Assembly (NCBI GenBank): GCA_964425075.1
Contig: CAYRKM010000001.1
Location: 459,060-523,059 of the forward strand
DNA from: an uncultured Gammaproteobacteria bacterium
GTDB lineage: Bacteria > Patescibacteriota > Microgenomatia > Levybacterales > GWA1-39-11
DNA length: 64,000 nucleotides
Direction: 5' to 3'
Below the pieces are notes generated by a model. That model saw nothing but the letters and a program-made list of their open reading frames with translations. It searched no databases and was not told where the DNA came from. Below, piece by piece: positions 57,534 through 64,000 of the stretch. Each line of letters opens with the position of its first letter. Position 1 is the first letter of the stretch. The position numbers and the translations under genes are program-made.

Positions 57534-58457
57534 ATGATACAACCAAGCTTTAAAATAAACGAAGAGAAACAAGCACAAGGCTACACACAATTTGTCGTAG
57601 AACCCTTAGAGCCAGGATTTGGTAACACCATGGGTGTTGCTTTAAGAAGAGTTTTACTAACAGGTATTGAAGGGGCTGCTGTTACTTCAGTTACAATTGA
57701 CGGAGTAAAACACATGTTCTCAACTCTTCCAGGTCTAAAGGAAGACATTATCGAACTTATTTTCAACATCAAAACTTTGAGAGTCAAACTTCCAGAAGGG
57801 GTTTCTTCAACTACACTTACTCTTTCAAAAACAGGTCCAGGAGAAATTTTAGCATCTGATATCGAAACTCGTGATGGAGCAGAAGTAGTAGATCCAAAAC
57901 ATTATCTCGGTAGTCTCTCTGACAAAAAATCAAAGATTAATATGGAAATGACTGTTGAGAGGGGACTTGGCTATTCTCTTGCTGAGGAAAGAAAAGTTGC
58001 TACAGTAGGAGTTATTCCAATTGATGCAATTTTTACTCCAATTAATAAAGTTAATTACAAAGTTGAACAAACTCGTGTTGGTAGACAAACCAACTACGAT
58101 AAGCTTATTCTTGAGGTTTACACTGATGGCACAATTGATGCAAAAGACGCATTAGATAAAGCAAGCACCATTTTAGTTTCTTACTTTAAGCAAGTATTTG
58201 ATCCAAATGGAGCAGACGTTGTAGATGCTACTGCTGCTGTTGCACAAGTAGCTCCTGAGGGAAGCAACATTACTGTTGACGAATTAGATTTACCTACAAG
58301 AATTTACAATAGTTTGAAAAATGCTGGAATTGAAACTGTAGGGGATCTATTGGGTACTCCACGAAAAGAACTGATGACTTATAGAAATTTAGGAGCTAAG
58401 TCCCTTTCAGTTATTGAAGAGGCGCTAGGTAAAAAAGGAATACCATTTACTATCTAG
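57534..58457 (+). CDS. rpoA: DNA-directed RNA polymerase alpha subunit
   Basis: N-terminal domain (EPLE-GFG-T-G-ALRR-LL) and C-terminal domain (ELDL--R--N-LK-AGI-TVGDL). The tracked ORF starts at GTG 57504; ATG 57534 (MIQPSF) is preferred. Confidence 0.85.
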   Translation: MIQPSFKINEEKQAQGYTQFVVEPLEPGFGNTMGVALRRVLLTGIEGAAVTSVTIDGVKHMFSTLPGLKEDIIELIFNIKTLRVKLPEGVSSTTLTLSKTGPGEILASDIETRDGAEVVDPKHYLGSLSDKKSKINMEMTVERGLGYSLAEERKVATVGVIPIDAIFTPINKVNYKVEQTRVGRQTNYDKLILEVYTDGTIDAKDALDKASTILVSYFKQVFDPNGADVVDATAAVAQVAPEGSNITVDELDLPTRIYNSLKNAGIETVGDLLGTPRKELMTYRNLGAKSLSVIEEALGKKGIPFTI

Positions 58458-58493
58458 GGAACTGCCAAGACTTATTACCATAGAGAGTTAACA

Positions 58494-58520
58494 CTGCGTC
58501 TGAAATGACGCATTTTTTTT
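58494..58520 (+). terminator. intrinsic terminator after rpoA
   Basis: ctgcgtc-tgaaat-gacgca followed by T8. Confidence 0.6.
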
Positions 58521-58527
58521 ACAAATT

Positions 58528-59037
58528 ATGCGAAAGCAAGTATACGGAAGACAATTTAAAAGAAATACAGCGCAAAGACAAGTTCTATTTAGGGGGCTAA
58601 TGCGTTCTTTGGCTATTTATGAAGGGATAAAGACTACAGAGGCAAAAGCGAAATCTATTAAGGGTCCATTTGAGCGTCTCATCACAAGAGCAAAAGATGG
58701 AGAGGTTGCTCGATATCATTTAGTAAAACATGTTTCTGAAGATGCAGTTGACAGACTTATAAAAGATATTGCACCACGAATGAAAGATAGAGCTGGTGGA
58801 TATACGCGAATTGTGAGAATGGGTACAAGGACTAAGGATAACGCAGAAATGGTGCTTCTGGAGCTTGTTGAAAAGGGAGAGAAAAAAGTTGATCAAAAAG
58901 TGAAGAGAGCATCTGCAAAAAAAGCTGTTTCAACTGACAAAAAAACTTCAACTGTTAAAGCAGCAGTTAAGGAAACACCAAAATTAAAAGCAACAGGAAT
59001 TAAAAGACTTATTTCAAGACAAAAGAAGGGTCAATAA
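58528..59037 (+). CDS. rplQ: 50S ribosomal protein L17 with Lys/Ala-rich C-terminal extension
   Basis: GRQ-KRN-AQRQ-LFR-L core and AGGYTRIV-MG-R-DNA-MV-LELV, plus a ~50-aa basic tail. Confidence 0.85.
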   Translation: MRKQVYGRQFKRNTAQRQVLFRGLMRSLAIYEGIKTTEAKAKSIKGPFERLITRAKDGEVARYHLVKHVSEDAVDRLIKDIAPRMKDRAGGYTRIVRMGTRTKDNAEMVLLELVEKGEKKVDQKVKRASAKKAVSTDKKTSTVKAAVKETPKLKATGIKRLISRQKKGQ

Positions 59038-59039
59038 AT

Positions 59040-59471
59040 ATGATAAAAACTACTACACCTACGAAGGCAAAACAAATCGAAAGAGACTGGCATCTTATTG
59101 ATGTAAAGGATAAGGTTTTGGGTCGTGAAGCTGTAGCAATTGCTCATAAGCTTATGGGTAAGGGTAAGCCTTACTTTGCTAACAACTTAGATTGCGGTGA
59201 CTATGTAGTAGTTGTGAACGCAAAAACAGTTAGGGTAACCGGAAATAAAGAAAAACTTAAAAAATATACTAACTACTCAGGATATCCAGGAGGACTTAGA
59301 ACAAGAACTCTAAAAGAAGTAAGAGCTCAAAAACCTGAGGAAATTATTACCAGGGCAGTATCAGGAATGTTACCAAAAAACAAACTTCGTGCACAAATGT
59401 TAAAAAGACTTTATGTTTTCTCTGACGAAAACCACAAATACGAAGACAAATTGAAAGGAGGAAATGAATAA
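59040..59471 (+). CDS. rplM: 50S ribosomal protein L13
   Basis: RDWHLIDV-DKVLGR-A--IA--L-GK, GDYVVVVNA--V-VTGNK, and GMLPKN-L motifs. Confidence 0.85.
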   Translation: MIKTTTPTKAKQIERDWHLIDVKDKVLGREAVAIAHKLMGKGKPYFANNLDCGDYVVVVNAKTVRVTGNKEKLKKYTNYSGYPGGLRTRTLKEVRAQKPEEIITRAVSGMLPKNKLRAQMLKRLYVFSDENHKYEDKLKGGNE

Positions 59472-59565
59472 TTACTAATTAACCTAATTATTCTAATTGA
59501 CCTAAAAAGTCAAAACCCTGCTAAAGCAGGGGCTAGAAATTAGACATTAGAAATTTGAAATTTAG
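59469..59565. repeat. CTAATT/AATTAG repeat array + hairpin + TAGAAATTAGAC motif (family C, copy 2)
   Basis: taattactaattaacctaattattctaattgacct...ccctgctaaagcaggg...ctagaaattagacattagaaatttgaaattt, upstream of rpsI. Confidence 0.4.
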
Positions 59566-59568
59566 GAT

Positions 59569-60036
59569 ATGGCTAAAGCAGTAGTAGCACCACGAAATCG
59601 CAAAGCACTAAAACCATATGTTCATTCTGTGGGTCGCAGACGTGAAGCTATTGCTAGAGTAAGACTTTATACCAACACTAAAGCAGAAGTTGGAGGAGTA
59701 GAGGTTAAAAAAGGTGAAATTTTTGTAAACGATAAACCAATTCAGGAATATTTTAGATTTAAGCCATTGGCTCCTGTTTATAATAAATTCCTAGTAGATA
59801 TGGGCATTGCTGGAAAATATTCGTTCACAGCAAAAGTAGCAGGTGGAGGATTAAATGGCCAACTTGAAGCACTTATTTTAGGTATGGCACGTGCTTTAGA
59901 CAAGTTTAATACAGACGAATTCCACACAGCACTTCGAGATAAAGGATACTTAACTCGCGACGCTCGGGTTCGTGAAAGACGCAAAGTCGGAAATGCCGGT
60001 AAAGCGAGGAGAAAAAAGTCTTCACCGAAACGTTAA
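59569..60036 (+). CDS. rpsI: 30S ribosomal protein S9
   Basis: GRRREAIARVRL, GGG--GQ-EA---G-ARAL, and a C-terminal RDAR--ERRK-G---ARR--Q-SKR. Confidence 0.9.
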   Translation: MAKAVVAPRNRKALKPYVHSVGRRREAIARVRLYTNTKAEVGGVEVKKGEIFVNDKPIQEYFRFKPLAPVYNKFLVDMGIAGKYSFTAKVAGGGLNGQLEALILGMARALDKFNTDEFHTALRDKGYLTRDARVRERRKVGNAGKARRKKSSPKR

Positions 60037-60164
60037 TACTACTTTTTTCGACGAAGTCCCTCGATATTGCTCTTTGAGCCCTGTATGAATAATACGTGAA
60101 GGCGAAAAGGAAAATATGTGGGGCTAGAAGAAAGAAAAGTTCTCCAAAGCGTTAATTTCTCCAA

Positions 60165-60698
60165 TTATTCAGGAATTTTATTCATATTATATTTTTTGAC
60201 TTTTTCTTTTTCATCAATTTGTGCACAAGCAAAAAATATTCCTTTATTATTAACAATATCCTCAAAGGAATAGTGGAGATCATCTACCACTTCGTAGTTA
60301 CCATTTAGTACATTTTCTTTTTTTATCCATAACAATTGGCCATCCTTTGTTCTGTTTCCGATTGGTAAGTTTTTGCTACTTATTTCAGTCTTAAAAAAAC
60401 ACATCAACCAATCATCTTCATATCCGCCTTCAAGTCTTACAATTCCAATTAATTTTATATCTTTAGGTTTTATGATTATTCCAGATTCTTCCTCAGTTTC
60501 GCGAATTACTGCGTCAAGATAGTTTTCTCCAGGTTCAACCTTTCCACCGATCGAATTGAGACGTCCTGCATCGATTTTCTTATCCTTAGAACGTAGAAGA
60601 AATAAATATTCATCACCACAATGAATAAAATTATTAACCGAAGTTTGAATATGTCTTTTTTTCATAGTTTTTTTAATACTTTCGAAATTGTATCCCAT
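60165..60698 (-). CDS. NUDIX hydrolase
   Basis: Nudix box GGKVEPGENYLDAVIRETEEESGI. Confidence 0.75.
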   Translation of the reverse strand: MGYNFESIKKTMKKRHIQTSVNNFIHCGDEYLFLLRSKDKKIDAGRLNSIGGKVEPGENYLDAVIRETEEESGIIIKPKDIKLIGIVRLEGGYEDDWLMCFFKTEISSKNLPIGNRTKDGQLLWIKKENVLNGNYEVVDDLHYSFEDIVNNKGIFFACAQIDEKEKVKKYNMNKIPE

Positions 60699-61165
60699 CC
60701 GTATCCACGCGACGCAAGACGGGATGTGATTTTTCTTATTTTTTCTTCAGGTTCATATCTTTCAAATTGTCTTGAACGCTTTTGGATATATTCCAATGCG
60801 GTTTTAAAGTCCGACGCTGCAGTTTCCAAAGTTTTCTCGGCCTGTTCTTTTCCAATTCCTTTTTGCTTTAACTCGTATGAAATAAGTCGTCTGCTTTTTC
60901 CTTTTCTTTGACGGGATTCTGCAAAAAGTCTGGCAAAGTCATCATCATCCAGAAAGTGAAGTTCTAATAATTGTTTAAGTGTTTCATTTATTTCTTCTAC
61001 TGAGTATTTTTTCTTAATTAAATAATCATGCATTTCTTTAGTACTTCGGGGCCGAAATGATAAATATTTTAATGCTCTGTTAAATGGAGTTTGGGGGATA
61101 AAGCTACTCCTCGTCTTCGTCTTCATTTTCATCAAGAGCTGTAGGAACAATTGGTTGGGCACCAT
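60662..61165 (-). CDS. recX: RecA regulator RecX
   Basis: Lies immediately downstream of, and overlapping, recA. Three-helix repeat pattern ([15 protein letters not shown], -LLEL-FLDD--FA--FA-SR). Confidence 0.7.
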   Translation of the reverse strand: MVPNQLFLQLLMKMKTKTRSSFIPQTPFNRALKYLSFRPRSTKEMHDYLIKKKYSVEEINETLKQLLELHFLDDDDFARLFAESRQRKGKSRRLISYELKQKGIGKEQAEKTLETAASDFKTALEYIQKRSRQFERYEPEEKIRKITSRLASRGYGWDTISKVLKKL

Positions 61166-62201
61166 CTGTAGCTCTTTGAGACGCTTCTTTCATTATCTTT
61201 TGAGCAAGATCTGGATTTTCTTGAAGATAAGCCTTTGCTGCTTCTCGTCCTTGGCCAAGCATCTCTTCTCCATATCTTAAGAATGCTCCACTTTTATTTA
61301 CTACGCCTGTTTCAATTGCAACATCCAGTATTCCGCCTTCCTTAGAAATTCCCGTTGACATAATATCAAATTCTGCAATTCTAAAAGGTGGGGAAACTTT
61401 ATTTTTTACAACCTTTACTCTTGTTCTGTTTCCTATTACCTTGTCTCCTTGCTTTAGTGTTTCAATTCGTCTCACATCAAGTCTTATTGAGGCGTAAAAC
61501 TTTAATGCAAGTCCTCCAGTTGTAGTTTCAGGATTTCCAAACATCACACCAATCTTTTGTCTTAGTTGATTAGTAAAAATTAGTATGGTTTTACTTTTTG
61601 AAATAACTGCAGTTAGCTTTCTTAAAGCTTGAGACATAAGACGAGCCTGAACACCCATCATTGAGTCACCCATCTCTCCTTCAATTTCCGCCCTTGGTAC
61701 TAACGCCGCAACAGAATCGATTACAAGTACGTCAATTCCACCGCTTCTAATAAGTTGTTCAGCAATTTCAAGTGCTTGCTCTCCAGTATCAGGTTGGGAA
61801 ATAATAAGGTCTTCAAGTTTTACGCCAATTGTTTGTGCCCACTGGGGGTCAAGTGCATGCTCAGCATCAATAAAGGCAGCAACTCCACCTCTTTTTTGCG
61901 CCTCGGCAATAACAGAGAGACAAACTGTCGTTTTACCAGATGCCTCTGGTCCGTAAATTTCGACAATTCTCCCACGAGGGAGCCCCCCAACGCCGAGAGC
62001 AATGTCGAGCGGGAAAGCACCAGTGGGAATCACATCAACGACCATTTTATGAGCCGCATCTCCAAACTTCATGATAGAACCCTTCCCGTACTGTCTTTCT
62101 ATTTGCTCCATTGCCATAGCAATTGCAGCATTTTTTCCAGACTCAGGTGTTATGCCGTTAGGCTTTGGTGTGGCAGACTTTTTAGAGGATAATCGTGGCA
62201 T
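61104..62201 (-). CDS. recA: recombinase RecA
   Basis: [26 protein letters not shown] (Walker A), IDAEHALD, L1/L2 loops, VIDSVAAL. 365 aa with an acidic C-terminus. Confidence 0.96.
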   Translation of the reverse strand: MPRLSSKKSATPKPNGITPESGKNAAIAMAMEQIERQYGKGSIMKFGDAAHKMVVDVIPTGAFPLDIALGVGGLPRGRIVEIYGPEASGKTTVCLSVIAEAQKRGGVAAFIDAEHALDPQWAQTIGVKLEDLIISQPDTGEQALEIAEQLIRSGGIDVLVIDSVAALVPRAEIEGEMGDSMMGVQARLMSQALRKLTAVISKSKTILIFTNQLRQKIGVMFGNPETTTGGLALKFYASIRLDVRRIETLKQGDKVIGNRTRVKVVKNKVSPPFRIAEFDIMSTGISKEGGILDVAIETGVVNKSGAFLRYGEEMLGQGREAAKAYLQENPDLAQKIMKEASQRATDGAQPIVPTALDENEDEDEE

Positions 62202-62316
62202 GATTAGCGTTTGGTTAATAGCATTTAGCGTTTAGTTACATAAAAAAACGCTACTAATTAAAACTCATTGTAGCAATTTTTTAATTCTTTGCAAGTGGTA
62301 AAAGCAAGAGATATGT

Positions 62317-62386
62317 CGGGGAGAGGAGAATTGAACTCCTGCCGTACGACCCCCAGCCGTACATTCTACCGTTAAACTACTCCCCG
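62317..62386 (-). tRNA. tRNA-Pro (anticodon GGG)
   Basis: Minus-strand sequence CGGGGAG-TA-GTTT-AACGGTA-GAAT-G-TACGG-CTGGGGG-TCGTA-CGGC-AGGAG-TTCAATT-CTCCT-CTCCCCG folds as a cloverleaf. A perfect 7-bp acceptor stem has C1:G72 (a tRNA-Pro hallmark) and discriminator A. T-loop is TTCAATT, anticodon loop C-U-GGG-G-G. CCA is not encoded. Confidence 0.7.
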
Positions 62387-62535
62387 CTACTATCTCAAAA
62401 GAAAGTAGTTTGCGTCAACAAGATTGCCCAAAACTACTCCCCGAAGTATATTATTTTAACAGAGTTTATAGTAAAACTAAATTGGAGTTGGACAAATTTG
62501 AAATTGTTTATCTCCACTGGTATAGTTAGGGCATA

Positions 62536-62865
62536 ATGCAGGATCTTTCAAAAAAACATTGTGTTCCCTGTGAGGGTAGCGCAAAGCCTTTAGATAAAGA
62601 GGAAATTGCAAAATACTTATTACAACTCAAATCCTCCTGGGCAATAGTTGATGATAAAGAAATTCAGAAAACATTTAAATTAAAGAATTTTGTTAAGGCA
62701 ATTGAATTTGTAAATAAAATTGCAGAAGTTGCAGAAAGCGAAGGGCATCATCCAGACATTACTATAAATTACAATAAAGTAAAAATTCAATTAACCACTC
62801 ATGCAATAAAAGGATTATCAGAAAATGATTTCGTGATTGCTGCAAAAATTGAGAAGTTGATTTGA
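62536..62865 (+). CDS. pterin-4a-carbinolamine dehydratase (PCD/DCoH)
   Basis: 109 aa with E-EGHHPD-x6-V-I-L-TH motif. Confidence 0.75.
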   Translation: MQDLSKKHCVPCEGSAKPLDKEEIAKYLLQLKSSWAIVDDKEIQKTFKLKNFVKAIEFVNKIAEVAESEGHHPDITINYNKVKIQLTTHAIKGLSENDFVIAAKIEKLI

Positions 62866-63995
62866 TTATTTTGCAAGTGTTTGTGCGGAGTAAGCAGGAC
62901 TTGTATCTGTTTGTTCGTGTATCATAAAGCGTCTTGCATACTCTTTTGTAACTCCAACTTTCTTTTTAGGATTTAAAATGCCATCAGGATCAAGTGTTTT
63001 CTTTATCTCCTCAAATATGCTATAAATTTTCTCACCATACTGGAGTTTTACATATGGACTTCGAATCAAGCCGTCATTATGTTCAGCAGAGATTACGCCT
63101 TTATATTTCCATGTAAGATTAAAGACCATATCATTAGTAATCCAAATCTTATTGCGTTCCCCCATTTTTGATAAGTCCATGAGAGGGATTATGTGAAAGT
63201 TGCCATTGCCGATATGTCCTGCAATTGTATACAAAAGTTTTTCGCGTTCTAAAATTCTATACATTTCGAGAAAAAATTGCGGCAACACTTCAACCGGAAC
63301 TATTGTGTCATCTATATATGGTGCTGCGTACATTCCTCTAACTCTTTCTTTAAGCAACTTAAAACTATCATGCCTAATTGCCCAATATTTTTCAGCTTCC
63401 TTTTTTGTTTTACAAATTTTATATTGAACATCTTTAATTATTGATAGATCGTAAGTAAGTTTCTCAATATTCTCATTAATTTCTTTTTTCTCATCTGATT
63501 CGAATTGAACCATCAAAGTTAATTTTGGGATTTTTCCTTCGAATGCTGTTAGGAGATCTGGAAGGAAAAGCTTGGTAGTTACAAACAAATTTGTTTTAAG
63601 TGACTTCCCAAACTCGTAAAAATATTTTAATGCAAGCTTTGTTGTATGATGATCAAAACTCTCAAAGCTCATTGGCTTATACTGTTGAATAATTCTCACA
63701 AGAAGCGGGATTTTTTCGTAGTCCTTTAAAAAAACGACGATAAGCCCCGAATACCTCTTCTTTTTTACGAGTCTGAATTTTATTTCAGTAATTATTCCAA
63801 GCGTTCCTTGCGATCCTGTGAAGAGTCGGGGTATGTCAAAATATTCACCATCCCAAATTTCCCAAATATTGTATCCTGTAGAATTTTTACTAACTTTTGG
63901 TTTTGACTTTTTAATTAAATCATTATTCTTTTCGAATAGGGAGAAGAGCTTTCTATAAAGTTCTCCTTCAAAATCTGTTTGCTTGATTTTTTTAT
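62866..63995 (-). CDS. FAD-linked oxidase (GlcD / D-lactate dehydrogenase-like), apparently N-terminally short
   Basis: The tracked ORF (62866..63699, alternative-start Met) continues in frame upstream to an in-frame stop at ~63996-63998. The upstream part encodes ...FTGSQGTLGIITEIKF (end of an FAD_binding_4 domain). The C-terminal part has the GlcD-type H-x-G-(D/N)-GN-x-H motif (AGHIGNGNFHIIP). No ATG upstream, and only ~100 aa of FAD-binding domain fit before the stop. Confidence 0.5.
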
Positions 63996-64000
63996 TTAAT

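Noticed and set aside
60037-60165. Separate feature for the degenerate copy of the rpsI 3' end (agaagaaagaaaagttctccaaagcgttaa)
   Set aside because: It is a real but short (~30-bp) imperfect duplication. It is noted within the infA tandem-repeat finding and is too weak to stand alone as a feature.
62202-62316. LexA box upstream of recA
   Set aside because: No GAAC-N4-GTTC or CTGT-N8-ACAG present. Only an AGCGTTT...AAACGCT inverted repeat and a TAGCGTTT(G/A)GTTA direct repeat of unknown meaning (mentioned in the SOS finding).
1-64000. CRISPR array
   Set aside because: No series of ≥3 identical 24-48-bp repeats with unique spacers. The only tandem repeats (21385..21466, 55608..55715) are 26-27-bp units with no spacers.
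1-64000. Alternative genetic code (TGA recoded), as in some candidate-phyla lineages
   Set aside because: Conserved genes (tuf, fusA, recA, ribosomal proteins) are full length with no in-frame TGA, so the standard bacterial code fits.

Overview
Low-GC (about 35-40%) bacterial window with small proteins and compact operons. I infer a Candidate Phyla Radiation / Patescibacteria-like lineage: L30 is absent, ribosomal proteins carry Lys/Glu-rich extensions, and the standard genetic code applies (no in-frame TGA in conserved genes).

Content in order:
- 1-9 kb: M24 aminopeptidase, guaB (CBS-less) and guaA, a high-GC single-gene island (5092..5715), fusA, a HAD hydrolase.
- 9.7-13 kb: a two-subunit ATP-citrate lyase (aclB/aclA). 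Then a four-helix-bundle protein and murB.
- 14.8-39 kb, accessory stretch: AAA ATPase, IS1595-family transposase, a proteasome/HslV-like Ntn hydrolase, an L,D-transpeptidase, an Rpf-like transglycosylase, type IB topoisomerase, an HxlR regulator, a DNA methyltransferase with a candidate PD-(D/E)xK nuclease, DUF1003, a wHTH regulator, an ABC exporter, a LytR_C protein, a GH18-like protein, a second high-GC island (34246..34965), and a lexA-dinB SOS pair.
- 39-60 kb: tuf and an almost complete S10-spc-alpha ribosomal cluster. It contains a NUMOD3/HTH homing-endonuclease-like gene antisense between rpsJ and rplC, and rpmJ relocated between rplX and rplE. secY, adk, two further P-loop kinases, map and infA follow, with a 27-bp tandem duplication of the infA start.
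- 60-64 kb: NUDIX, recX-recA, tRNA-Pro(GGG), pterin dehydratase, a FAD-linked oxidase.

Several short intergenic repeat families recur. One of them (family B) shows compensatory base changes consistent with a structured RNA.
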